From Azolla caroliniana (Eukaryota > Plantae > Polypodiophyta): a stretch of DNA of 64,000 nucleotides. The translations under genes were made by a program, and so were the position numbers. The notes beneath the pieces are model-generated. The model was not told where the DNA came from. It did no database searches and was given only the letters and a program-made list of their open reading frames with translations. The stretch is taken from NCBI GenBank assembly GCA_043228905.1, contig JBHGNT010000005.1, forward strand, positions 11,780,001 through 11,844,000, given 5' to 3'. This document shows, piece by piece, positions 51,350 to 63,424 of the stretch. The stretch's first letter is position 1; every line of letters begins with the position of its first letter.

Positions 51350-54106
51350 ATGGCTGGTTCCTCCTATCTGAGAGTGCTAAACTTCGCAAAATTTTGCGAG
51401 ACAAAGGAGGACTTCCACAACACCTATGGTCTATCACTCGAGGGTGTTGACCCTGCTATCCTAAGTGATAAATTGATCAGTGATGTAGACTGGATGACAG
51501 TATATACAGTGCCTAAAGTCAAAGGCAAGGTCAAGCTGAAGCATGTACGAGCCGACTTGTACGATGACTACATGAGGCTGCACCAGAAAGTTCATCAAGA
51601 GATCCCAATCAACAATGAGTTGTCAGTTTCATTTGCTAGAGCATTTGCATATGAGTACTACAAAACAGCGAAGGAATCCAAAGACCCTGAAATGTATAGG
51701 GTAGCTTGGGCAGTCTATGGTGAGGCATCGGTAAAAAGATGCCGAAAGATGGGAACCTTGGCACAAAAAATAGACAGATTTTGGAGCATGGCAGCTATTG
51801 ATGCAACTGCCGACTCCCAGCAAGACCGGGGGCATGCACCACACCGACACCCAAGGAAAGCCAATGTCGATGATACAGGTGAGACATTGGCTAGCTATAT
51901 GCTAAAAAATGTCCATGAAGCCTGTGAGACATTGGCATTTTTTAAGACTGATTTAGAGAAAGCCACAATGGCTTCTACAATGGAGAGCAAAGTTACTTCC
52001 GTTGTTACAACGATTAGAAATAAGATTCAGGTAACTATTGTTTTGCTGGTATGTGATTGTGTTATAAATAACTTTAAGGGTAAAATGTGCTAATCAAGCA
52101 TTATCTGGAATAGGTTGCGCAACAGGAGCTTGAATTAGAGGGGCCACTGGATCCCCAGCGTAAAATACAACTGCAAATAGAGATCTAGGTTCTTTCAATG
52201 AACCTGGACCTTCTAGGTGTAAATATTGTTGCAGATTACAATTTGGAAAAGCTTCAAGTAAGTTAACGATTCCTGAGCAAAGTTGGTGTATCTTTCTCAG
52301 ACAGGAATAATTAATCGGTAAATTTCTCTGTTGCGTTGAAGGAACAATACATTCATCAAGAACAGGTAGTTAACTGCCTTAAGAAGCAGCTACATTTTGT
52401 GGAGGGAATGGTAAGGACCAGACAGGATTTGGACCTGAACATTCTTGCTCCCTTACTAAATGAAGGAGAACCAGAAAATGATTTATTGACAGTTCAAGCA
52501 CGTTGCATCGCTTGCGGGTTAGGTGTGGAGGACAAAACTGCGTCTTTATTAGTTCACCTACAACCATGCAACCACACATACCATCTACTTTGTTTTCAAC
52601 ATGCCTGTCGAATTGCTGCATTCTGTTTGGGAGATTGCAGTACAGCTCTACGAAATGAGTGGAGAAAACTAACAGGTATACCATACTGTAGCTAATAAGC
52701 TTAGTCTTTTCTAATTAGTTAAGCCGTAAAAAGTATGGAAACTATTTTGCTGCTATCGTTGTAGCTAATTAGCTACTACCATAGTTGATTAAAGCAGCTA
52801 ATAGTTATCCTATTAGCTAATTAGCTACTACCATAGTTTACTACAGTAGTTAATTAGCTAAGTGGCAGCTAGTTAGCTACTAGTTAATTAGCTATTCTAC
52901 TCGCAACTAATTAGCTACTGGCAACTAGTTAGCTACTAGCTAATTAACTACTCATAGCTAATTAGCTAGTACCATAGTTGTGTAAAGTAGCTAATTAGCT
53001 ATCCTACTAGCTAATTAGCTATGGTACTAGCTAATTAGCTAGTACCATAGTTGTGTAAAAAATCTAATTAGCTATCCTACTAGCTAATTAGCTACTGCCA
53101 TAGTTGTGTAAAGTAGCTAATAAGCTATCCTAGTAGCTAATTAGCTACTGGCAGCTAATTAGCTATCCTAGTAGCTAGTAAGCTATCCTAGCTACTAAAT
53201 AGTTGAGAAAGTAGCTAATTAGCTATCCTACTAGCTAATTAGCTATCCTACTAGCTAATTAGCTATCCTACTAGCTAATTAGCTATTGGCAACTAATTAG
53301 CTATCCTACTAGCTAATTAGCTACTGCCATAGTTGTGTAAAGTAGCTAATTAGTTATCCTAGCTACTACCATAGTTAGTAAAGTAGCTAATTAGCCATCC
53401 TAGCTACTACCATAGTTGAGTAAAGTAGCTAATTAGCTATTCTAGCTACTACCATAGTTGAGTAAAGTAGCTAATTAGCTATCGTACTAGCTAATTAGCT
53501 ATCCTAGCTTCTACCATAGTTTAGTTAAGTAGCTAATTAGCTATCCTAAATAGTTGGCATGTTATTGTAGAATCTTGTGGATTAAGGACGACACATGATG
53601 TGTCTAGTGTTGATGACGTTGCAACAGATGAGGATAGTACTGCCAACGTGGCTGAAAATAAGAGTCCTGCTATCACATCTCCTTCAGATCAGCTCCACCC
53701 TATTCTTTTGGAACAGTGTACTGAATTAGGCAACGATGTGAAATGCCATGAAATAGTGGAAACAACATGTAGAACTGAGGTTCACAACAATAGTGTTTAT
53801 GAACACTTGATGCAACATTTCTTCGAATCTCAAGACCTTGATTCCACCCCACCAAGCCCAACTACTGAAAATGTCCAACCAGATCCCTCTGTACTTGAAA
53901 AGCTAGTTCAAGAAACGACTGATGTGCAATTAGCTGCTGAGGTGATGGGAAGGTTGTCGGAGGAGGACACACTTGCGCATTGGGTGAAAGAAGCAAGGCT
54001 AAATGGGCAACCGACTAGAAAAAGGCTGAAAAAGGGGCCACGATTAGGAACAAGACCAGTTACTCGATCAAGGGGCCCAGACGTAGTGGAGCGAAATACT
54101 GTTTAG
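51350..54106 (+). pseudogene. Spliced accessory gene: exons 51350-52030, 52114-52257, 52342-52675, 53571-54106; unknown domain, coiled coil, RING-H2, acidic tail with basic NLS; one premature TAG (52186-52188)
   Basis: All three GT-AG introns keep the frame (phases 0, 0, 1); C-x2-C-x17-C-x-H-x2-H-x2-C-x10-C-x3-C; RKRLKK. Confidence 0.75.
52745..53550. repeat. Palindromic satellite (core TAGCTAATTAGCTA, about 20-bp units) filling intron 52676-53570
   Basis: Many copies of the 14-bp palindrome, directly visible. Confidence 0.92.
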
Positions 54107-54354
54107 TTGGATATGATTGTTAGCTTAGGGATTTTGCTAGGGTTTATGAAGTTTTACTATCGTGTTGGACAAGTAAAACCTCAGATTGGTTGTTGCTTGA
54201 TCCACATTATGTAATGGAACTCTATGATGTTTTTCCAAGATAATTTGAAGAGTGTTGTTCTATGACTGAAACTCTTTGATGTTCAGGATGTTATTTTGTG
54301 AGACTGTTAGTTACTTTGTGAGTGTGAATATGTTGGTGTTTTCTAATGTTGCAG

Positions 54355-55370
54355 AGTCTAAAGGGTTTGATTCTATTGCTCGTAAGGTCAATGGCAGTGT
54401 GGATACTGTTGATGTTGCGGCATGTTTAAAGGGCCCCATCTTGAAAGTAGATGTAGCAACTGACACAAGTGATCTGGTCACACAAGTTGATCAAGCATGT
54501 TGCACGGATGACTTGGTGGTGCAGGTAGATGCAGCATGTTCAACGGATGACTTGGTGTTGCAGGTAGATGCAGCATGTGATACCAGTGGACTGATATCGA
54601 GCAGATCAGTAGCTACATGCACCGAGGTAACCCAAGGATTGATAACTAAGTCGACAAAACAAGAGCACCAAAATGTGAAGCCAGGCCCAACACAGTCGAC
54701 TAGGGGTTTGAAGAGGAAAAGGACGCCAATTGTGTCGGCCGAACCTGAGCTAATTGAGATTGATCGTGTCCTACCAGAAAATGGTGTAACAACGGCTCAG
54801 TTTCAGGAATGGAAACCTAAACCACTAGAAGTCGAAAGAAGAGCCTTGATCTTGGAGCTTGATAAAGTCTTGATGAGTGTGAAATATATGCAGCCAAGGA
54901 GGGACACGAATCAGTTTCTAGAATGGGTTGTGCAATACTTTGATTTGTTTATTTGGAGTGAAAAACCAAAATCAGATGTGTGGAAGTGTTTAGCAAGATT
55001 CTTCCCAAAAGGGCGAAGTCGTTTTAAAGGTCAATGGGCACGAGAAAATTGTAAGCAAATGGAAGCTGCAAGATTCAAGAGACTTTCTGATTTTTGGGCT
55101 ACTTGGCCTGAATATAATGCCGACAATACATTGATTTTGGATACAGAACATTTCCGGCACTACTTCAATATTCGGAGATGCTGTCTCATTCTACCCGAGG
55201 AAATGCCTAAACAATACCTGGTGCAAACAATGAGCTGCCAACTAGGTGCATGGTTGTGGACTCCATACCGAGCTCGATATGTGGATAATATATGTAGACT
55301 CGTTCCATTGATTAGCAAGAGCTTAGCTGTTTATAGGAGATTTGTAGACATTTCCAATGGTAATTTATAA
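54355..55370 (+). CDS. Exon encoding 13-aa repeats, an NLS and an FCP1/NIF-like HAD domain with an altered catalytic motif
   Basis: Acceptor TTGCAG ends at 54354; LILELDKVL..R...FLEW...F.LFIWS...W.RENC...K.L...W...Y..DNTLILD pattern; ELDKV instead of DxDx(T/V). Confidence 0.65.
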
Positions 55371-55718
55371 ATATGTAAAGAGATGACATTATTCAATGAA
55401 GAATTTAATTACTTGTTCCCACTGTACTTATCTACTATGTAATTTGAGGAATATGTTGTAGATTGTTGATTTCATGCTATTGATGACTATTTAGCTATTG
55501 ACAGCTAATTAGCTGCATTTGTACATCTAATTAGCTACTGATGACTATTTCGCTATAACTTATAACTTAAAACTTAACAAAAAAGACATGATTTTATTGA
55601 GAAAGAAGCACAGAAAGCAGACTGTATACAAGAAATTGATTCTCAAACGAATTTATTTAACTGTTTTCGCGAAATACATGTTTGTTTTACAAGAGAACAT
55701 GGTAATTGCTACTTGTAG

Positions 55719-57560
55719 CTACAAATTCCATGGCATACTATTGTAAATATATTCATACACATTAGCACCAACAGTGTATAAACCTGAGCAGCTATTGTAT
55801 TCTGACATTGGGACGTTGATGCACCTGACCAAATGAGAGTACATGTACACCGCTGGTTTGTCTTCTAACAGCCTGTACACATATTTGTAGTCATCTAGTT
55901 TTGCATAAAAAAGGCCTTCGATGTAGAATGTCCCGGCAGATACAAAATTTCCCCATGCATCTACAATATTCTGCCTTGCACACTATTTACTAACCGTGCA
56001 CTTCAATATATAGAAATCAACACCCTCTGAATTGCCTTCTTCAGCATTTACAACGAAGTTATCCCCAACGTTTAGGACATCACTCAAAGTATCTCCAAGT
56101 CCCTCATATGTGAAGTCAGCATTCTGCCTTGTTTCTCCATCAATTGCTTCCTTATCATTCAGAGTGTGATACTCCCAATTCTGAATGTATGCTTTGTTTA
56201 GACAATATCTCCAATTTCCCTGCACACAATGGAAGCAAAAACAAGTCAATTCTCTAACCGCAATACAATGACCATCCAACCTGGAATAACCGCGAGCAAC
56301 ATGTAGAGATCGCAATTCGGAAATTCCTTGGCACTCCCAGGTCTTCTCCCTATTTACTTCATCTATCTTCACTTCCCAAAATTCACGTTTGATATCTCGG
56401 ACTTGCGAGGAATAAACACCTTTTGCACTCGTTGACATATTTGTTCTTAAAAATTCAACTACATGTGATGCACAATTCATGTGCACACCATCTGTCTTTA
56501 GTTGTTCATGGGTAAGTGCCCGCTTTATAACAGCCCCTGCACCATCATGTTCACCTTTACCATGGCCAGACCCAAAAAAATTCCATCTCATCTCCAAACC
56601 TGTTATAGCAGGATACCTCCCCACAAAATAAAATGGACGTCGAGCCTTGAATTGTGACGCAGCTCCATCAGACCAGACCCAATGTTGAGTAAGCTCCAAA
56701 CATTGAGCTAATAACCACTGCCAATGTAACTTAAAATAGTGTTGGACGAACAAGGTATCATGCTTCTTACCATCAGAAATAAAGAAATGAATTACTTTTT
56801 TAACATCACCTGAAACTCGAAAATATGTTATGTGCACAAAAATGGTTACCTGAACCGAACACCAATGCATAGATTGAATTTCATTCTGTTGCTTGAAAGT
56901 ATAATTCTCTGCGAAATCTACTACTGATACTACTACATCATTTGGGAAATCAGATATGCAAGTCTTAAACTGATGGGCCTGCCATGAATAAATGAAGTTG
57001 TGTTTAATGAGCTTTCCTAGAGATACTACAAATAGAGACACCAAATCCCTTGGTTTAAGCATCTTCCGAACTAGATCCTTTCTTTTACACACCTTTCCTT
57101 CAAAATTGGTGTTCACTGACTCAAAGAACTTCACAGAGATCAATATTTCACTACTCAATTCATTTGGACACCACCTTAATCTAGTAGGGCCACAATCTTG
57201 ACATAAACCCATGACACATTTATGAATATGGAAGATAGCGTCAATTTCTCTCGGACAGAATATTGAATCTAATAAATAACTCATGGAAGAGATAACATGC
57301 TCAGATGATTTACACTCCTCTTGCGGGCTTGATCGACAGATTGGGCACCCACATGTGCAAACTGTATTAGTTAGGGATGCGCTATGGTGACATAGTAGAT
57401 TAACAGAGTCCTTCAGAAAACCCATTTGTACATGGTAAATGCAACAACATGTGTATCGATCCTTTAAGCATCTCACAAAGTGTGTCTTAAGAGACTCGAA
57501 TGTTCGTAGTTGAACTTTGATAGTTGGATGCATTCGTTTGAACCTAATAAATAAATCGAC
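55719..57560 (-). pseudogene. Sola2-like DDD transposase, main exon; one frameshift near 55985
   Basis: 516-aa ORF with a Cys-rich N-part, VDFAENY, WSDGAASQFK, HGKGEHDGAG. Acceptor CAG at 57561-57563 is in frame. Shifted frame continues DAWGNF..YSHLVR to a stop at 55719. Confidence 0.85.
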
Positions 57561-57768
57561 CTGCGTAATAAAGGGGAATTAGTTATTCTCGTAACTAGCT
57601 AACTATCCTAGTAGCTAATTAGCTATTCTAGTAGCTGTCAGGAACTCTATTAAGGCAGAGAAGGAATTAGTACTAAAAGAAGGATTAGTACTATTGTTGG
57701 GGAATAGTACTAAGACAGAGAAGGATTATACTATGAGAGGTGTCGAACTTTTGAGAGAAGGAATGAGT

Positions 57769-57824
<56 letters not shown>

Positions 57825-58106
57825 TGATGCGAAAGATATATGTATTATATGAAGGAAGATATACAACAGTAGTTAGAAGGCTTAAGACTGGCGTTGAACC
57901 GATTTGGTTCGAACTAATGCCTTGCGCCTCCTTTTATAGTGTCTTCAGGAATACTCCTGAAGTTTCTAGAATGTTCCAGAGAAATCTGGAATATACATCA
58001 ATTTCCCAATAAAACCTAAATGAAAATAATATCCTTCAAATTACAATTCATAACCTAATGGTAAAGTCTCGACCCGTGTAACAAAAGGTTATGGGTTCGA
58101 GTCTAG

Positions 58107-61100
58107 TTATGACACTATCCCCCCTTTAAAACGACGAGTTCCACGAGTCGTTTTGGATTGAGGACCCGGTTTCTCGGGATATCGTCGATGGAAGTCTTCT
58201 AGAAGAGCACGAGCATTGGTCACATTCTCGATCGGTTCCCAAGTACGCTCGCTGGGACTATATCCTAGCCAATCGACTAGATAGTAGAGCTTGTTGCGAA
58301 CAATCTTGGAATCGAGGATGGCAGCGACCTCATACTCAGGTCCATCTTCGAGCTCGATAGGAGGTGGTGGTTGTATAGTACGTCCTGGGATAGTGCTCTC
58401 GTGATAGGGTTCGAGGAGAGAACTATGAAACACCGGATGTATCCGAAGTTGCGGAGGTAGCTCGAGACGAAAAGCGACATCATTAATCTTCCCGATAATA
58501 CGGAAAGGACCTAATCGCCGATAATCCAACTTCTCACATGGGCGAGTAGTCTTGATGTGTCGTCGTAGCAGCCACACCCGATCTCCAATGTTAAAACTGG
58601 ATGGAAGTCGATGACGATCTGCGTAGTCCTTGTGTGATTGTTGAGCTTGCTGGAGTTGAGTAGATAAATCCGCTTGTATCTTGCGTAACCGCTCCAAACG
58701 ATCCTCCGCGCAAGGATTTGTGGACACTTCTGGGGTTTCAAGGACACACCACCGGGGATGATATCCCGTATAAGCGTAGAATGGCGTGACTTTAGTCGAT
58801 GCGTGGATAGTGTTATTATAGGCAAATTCGGCGAACTGAAGAATATCTGCCCAGTCATTCTGATGATAGTTAAGAAAGCACCGCAGATACTGCTCCAGTG
58901 TTTGATTTGTTCGTTCGGCTTGACCGTCGGTTTGTGGGTGGTAGCCGGAGGAGAGGTTACAAGTGACCTTCAGCATTTTAAAAAGGTGCTTCCAGAATTT
59001 TGACACAAACTGGGGTCCACGATCGCTGATGATATTATCAGGGAGTCCATGATGCCGACATACTTCCCGCATGACAATTTCGGCGGTGTCTTCACTAGAT
59101 ATTTCTTTAGTACATGGTAAGAAATGAGCCATCTTCGTATATCGATCCACCACTGTGAGAATCGCACTGAATCCCTTAGAGACTGGAAGATCTGTAATGA
59201 AGTCAAGAGCAATGGATTGCCATGGCTTGCTTGGAATTGGTAATGGTTCTAATAAACCATATGGATGATGTCTTGGCATTTTCGCTCTGCAGCATGTATC
59301 GCAAGTCCGAACAAAATCTTCAACAAATTGTCGCATACGGGGCCACCAGAATGATCGTTGTACTAAATCTAATGTTTTAGTACTACCAAAATGTCCTGCT
59401 GTATATGTGTCATGGCAATTTTGTACTACTCGAAGGCGGCAAGAACCATTAGGAACATACAAAAGTTCTTTAAAGAAGAGTAATCCATCACAGTATTTGA
59501 ATTGCCGATAATCCGTACCTGGTGATTGTGATTGTGAACATGACGCTCGAGAGGGGTCAATTTGTGCTAGTATAGCTTGGGCGAAAGCGTCAGTCTTCAA
59601 GTCCTCACGTATAGTATTGGTAATGTCGGAATCCACGGGCATGTCAAAGACTTGTGCTGCTTGCAGTCGTGCTGGACCCAAGATTACTTGCTTCTGGTTA
59701 TCGAAAGCTGGCTCACCGGGACGTGGTGTTAGATACGAACGCCGTGATAATGCATCTGCCTTCCCTTGGTGCTTCCCCGGACGATATGTAATTTTGAAGT
59801 CGAAGCGTGTGAGGAAGTGGGCCCACCGAGCTTGACGTCGATTCAGTACACGAGCATCTTGAAAGTAGGCAAGGTTCTTGTGGTCACTGAATACAGTGAC
59901 CTGATGAGGAGATCCCTCCAGGAAATGCCTCCATTGCATAAAAGAATCAACTATTGCTAATAGCTCTTTATCATGAATTTCGTAGTTGATTTCGGCGGCG
60001 TCAAACTTACGGGAGTGGAAAGCCACAGGATGTAGCTTCTCGTCGTTACCCTGTTGTGACAGAATGCTCCCCAATGCGAAATCCGATGCGTCAGCTTCGA
60101 TAATGAATGGTTTTTCCGGATCCACATGACCTAAAATTGGAGCTGATGTAAACGCCTTCTTAAGACTCTCGAAAGCCATGTCCGTCTCTTTAGACCAAAT
60201 GAATGATTGTCCCTTCCTGGTGAGCTGTGTGAGAGGCAGCACAATTTTTGAGTAATTTTGTATGAACTTCCGGTAAAAATTTGCAAAGCCTAGGAAGCAT
60301 TGCACATCCCGCACCGAACGCGGAGTGTGCCATTCTATCACCGTTTTCACCTTGGCTGGGTCCATAGATATGCCTTCTGAGGAGATGACATAGCCGAGAA
60401 ATTCCACTTGGTTGCACCCGAAACTACATTTCTCTAACTTTGCATACAGACCATGTTCTCGAAGTCGTTTTAGTACTAATAGTACATGAGAATCATGTTC
60501 TTCTTGGGTCTTTGAATAAACCAGTAGATCATCCAAATAGATGATCAAAAAATCATCCAAGAGATCTCGAAATATATCATTCGCCATGTGCTGGAAGACT
60601 GCCGGCGCATTAGTGAGTCCGAACGGCATGACCGTATACTCGAAGTGCCCATATCTGGTGCGAAACGCGGTCTTCCATTCATCTCCTGGTCGGATCCGTA
60701 CGAGGTTATAGGCTCCTCGTAAGTCGATCTTCGTGAAGAACCTGGCACCGTTGATCCGTTCTAAAAGACTTGAGATAAGGGGAAGAGCATACCTATTTCT
60801 TATTGTGACCTTATTCAAGCCACGGTAATCTACAACGAGTCGAAGCGAGCCATCTTTTTTCTTGACGAAGAAAATGGGTGCACCGGCTGGAGATTTCGAA
60901 TGCCGAATGAAACCGTTCTCCAAATTCTCCTCTATATAGGCTCGGAGGACTTCTAGCTCGGTTGGTGACAAATTGTAGATCGGCCCCCATGGCGGCTCTT
61001 TTCCCGGTTGTAAGTCGATGGCGCAATCGTACGGCCGATGATGAGGAAGTGTGTTGGCTTGTACTTTATCGAACACATCAGCATACTGACGATACTTCTC

Positions 61101-61703
61101 GGGAAGTTGAACGGTGGACTCCTCTTTGGTGGTGCTGGAGGGTTGTACTGATATTGCGAAGAGAAACATTTCCTCCTTGCGCCCTTCCTCACGCAACTGA
61201 TGTAGCGAAATGGTTGCAACCTTCTGGGTAGATCCTTGGGTTTGTCGCAACCGGATTTCCCTTGTCCTCCAATCTATGTCTGGGTTATGTAACTCGAACC
61301 ATGGTAATCCTAAAACTATGGGATGTTCTGGAATACTAATAATATTAAATGATACTACACATGTTAAGTTATCTAGGACAATATTAACGGGTTCCGACTC
61401 TTCTATGATATTACCAGAAGCAATGGGACGACCATCAATGACTACTACTGAGGCTGGACATGGGAGCTTTCTGAGAGATATCTGATGAGCTCGGGCAAAA
61501 TTCCTATCCATGAAGCAAGAATTAGCTCCGGAATCTAGAAGGGCTAAGGTATGTACTGGAGGGGTACTTTTAGTACTAACTGCTACTTGGGCTACGAACA
61601 CATCACTAACTTGCTTAGAGGGAATGGAACCACTAATGGGCTGCACAGATCTAGGGCTGTCCAACCAAACGGCTCCTATTTTGGCTGGACTTAGTCGTTT
61701 AAC
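58107..61703 (-). CDS. pol: Pol: protease, RT, RNaseH, integrase, chromodomain; intact
   Basis: 1185-aa ORF: LLDSGA, YLDD, DAS..ALG, HHCC, DFITDL/SDRG/ERTN, GPF, YEVAAILD..YLVDWLGY..TWEP; stop lies inside the LTR. Confidence 0.96.
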   Translation of the reverse strand, partial: VKRLSPAKIGAVWLDSPRSVQPISGSIPSKQVSDVFVAQVAVSTKSTPPVHTLALLDSGANSCFMDRNFARAHQISLRKLPCPASVVVIDGRPIASGNIIEESEPVNIVLDNLTCVVSFNIISIPEHPIVLGLPWFELHNPDIDWRTREIRLRQTQGSTQKVATISLHQLREEGRKEEMFLFAISVQPSSTTKEESTVQLPEKYRQYADVFDKVQANTLPHHRPYDCAIDLQPGKEPPWGPIYNLSPTELEVLRAYIEENLENGFIRHSKSPAGAPIFFVKKKDGSLRLVVDYRGLNKVTIRNRYALPLISSLLERINGARFFTKIDLRGAYNLVRIRPGDEWKTAFRTRYGHFEYTVMPFGLTNAPAVFQHMANDIFRDLLDDFLIIYLDDLLVYSKTQEEHDSHVLLVLKRLREHGLYAKLEKCSFGCNQVEFLGYVISSEGISMDPAKVKTVIEWHTPRSVRDVQCFLGFANFYRKFIQNYSKIVLPLTQLTRKGQSFIWSKETDMAFESLKKAFTSAPILGHVDPEKPFIIEADASDFALGSILSQQGNDEKLHPVAFHSRKFDAAEINYEIHDKELLAIVDSFMQWRHFLEGSPHQVTVFSDHKNLAYFQDARVLNRRQARWAHFLTRFDFKITYRPGKHQGKADALSRRSYLTPRPGEPAFDNQKQVILGPARLQAAQVFDMPVDSDITNTIREDLKTDAFAQAILAQIDPSRASCSQSQSPGTDYRQFKYCDGLLFFKELLYVPNGSCRLRVVQNCHDTYTAGHFGSTKTLDLVQRSFWWPRMRQFVEDFVRTCDTCCRAKMPRHHPYGLLEPLPIPSKPWQSIALDFITDLPVSKGFSAILTVVDRYTKMAHFLPCTKEISSEDTAEIVMREVCRHHGLPDNIISDRGPQFVSKFWKHLFKMLKVTCNLSSGYHPQTDGQAERTNQTLEQYLRCFLNYHQNDWADILQFAEFAYNNTIHASTKVTPFYAYTGYHPRWCVLETPEVSTNPCAEDRLERLRKIQADLSTQLQQAQQSHKDYADRHRLPSSFNIGDRVWLLRRHIKTTRPCEKLDYRRLGPFRIIGKINDVAFRLELPPQLRIHPVFHSSLLEPYHESTIPGRTIQPPPPIELEDGPEYEVAAILDSKIVRNKLYYLVDWLGYSPSERTWEPIENVTNARALLEDFHRRYPEKPGPQSKTTRGTRRFKGGIVS

Positions 61704-62860
61704 TCTTCTTCTAATTGGCTAAGGACATCAAATTTGTTTGCGAGATTCAGACTATTAGTACTATTAGGACTATTATGACTATGAGGACTATCAGAGATTC
61801 CTACTGAAATAGACTCGGGTTTAGTATAGTCAGAACTAACAACGACTTGGTTTACCTGCCTTCTTGGTCTATGGGGACAGTTTATCGCGATATGCCCTGG
61901 TCCACCGCAATAAAGGCATAATCGGTTTGTTCGGCGTCGTTGCTTTTCCTCCTCCGATAGCGGCCCACGACGACGTGTAGTGTCAATTTCCATTGGAGTT
62001 GGAGTACTTACTGGAGGCGCATTATGTGACTCCCTTTGAAAAGGTTTTGCTACCACTGAGGCATAGGTAGGCTCGGATCTTGCCCTCGGCATCTGAAATT
62101 GTCGTTCCGAACGTCGCTCGAAGAGGCGGTTGTCACATCTTACCGCTCGACTGATTGCTTCTGTTAATGATTTTGGCTCTTCAGGGAAAGTCAAGAGTAA
62201 ATCCTTGACATCGTTGCGTAGACCATAGCGGAACTGCTCCATCAATGCTTGATCATCCCAGGGGATATCGGCGGCGAGTAGGCGGAAATCTGCAGCATAT
62301 GCGGAGGCTGGACGGTCACCTTGGCGTAATCGCCGGATTTTGTTGATTGCAGTCCTTATGCTGTCAGTATCTCCAAAACATGCTTTAAACTCACTTATGA
62401 ATTCTTCAAAATTATTTAGTACTGGAGATTCCTTTTCTAGTAGCGGAGCGAACCATGCTAATGCTGAGCCATTTAACAACGTGCCTACTAAACCCACTCA
62501 TGATGCATCGGTGGGATATCGGGACGGATGCATTTGAATAACTAACCGTACCTGGTTAAGAAACCCTCTAAACTGCGATCGCGTTCCATCGAACTTCGTG
62601 GGAAGGCCAATCTTGGGTTCTTTATGAATCCCTTGTGCTCCGTGCCCTTGTTGTTGCATTGCTACGATGGTTGCTTCGAGTTGTTGCACGCGTAACGCAA
62701 GTTCCCCATGCTGTTGTTGCGTTTGCTGCTTTTCTAAGGAAATTTGCTGAAGATCCCCCAACAAGCGTTGATTTTCTTGTTCCAAAGCATGAAACTTCTC
62801 TTTCAAGCATTGAAATTCCGAGAAAACGGATTGATACTCTTCAGCGCTAACGGTGGCCAT
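61691..62860 (-). pseudogene. gag: Gag of copy B, broken by CGA>TGA at 62498-62500
   Basis: Matches gag of copy A apart from the stop and a few SNPs. Confidence 0.92.
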
Positions 62861-63094
62861 GGGATGAAGGAAAAGGGAAATAAGAGACTAGTAGGAAAGG
62901 AGGGAGGCAGAAGGAAGAGGGAGAGAAAAGACCAGACAGGCACCCCAAAATCGGTTCAAACTGTCAGGAACTCTATTAAGGCAGAGAAGGAATTAGTACT
63001 AAAAGAAGGATTAGTACTATTGTTGGGGAATAGTACTAAGATAGAGAAGGATTAGTACTATGAGAGGTGTCGAACTTTGAGAGAAGGAATGAGT

Positions 63095-63134
<40 letters not shown>

Positions 63135-63424
63135 TGATGCGAAAGATATATGTATTATATGAAGGAAGATATACAACAGTAGTTAGAAGGCTTAAGACTG
63201 GCGTTGAACCGATTTGGTTCGAACTAATGCCTTGCGCCTCCTTTTATAGTGTCTTCAGGAATACTCCTGAAGTTTCTAGAATGTTCCAGAGAAATCTGGA
63301 ATATACATCAATTTCCCAATAAAACCTAAATGAAAATAATATCCTTCAAATTACAATTCATAACCTAATGGTAAAGTCTCGACCCGTGTAACAAAAGGTT
63401 ATGGGTTCGAGTCTAGTTATGACA

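Larger units (their letters stand above)
57636..63424 (-). mobile_element. Complete Tcn1/sushi-like chromovirus, copy B
   Basis: LTRs 57636-58114 and 62962-63424; TSD GTAGC (57631-57635, 63425-63429); PPT 58115-58126. Confidence 0.97.

Noticed and set aside
55983-57533. KDZ/Zisupton, CACTA or hAT assignment of the transposase
   Set aside because: I see none of their diagnostic motifs (e.g. KDZ DGE..ER.W); the motifs fit Sola2 better, pending an HMM search.
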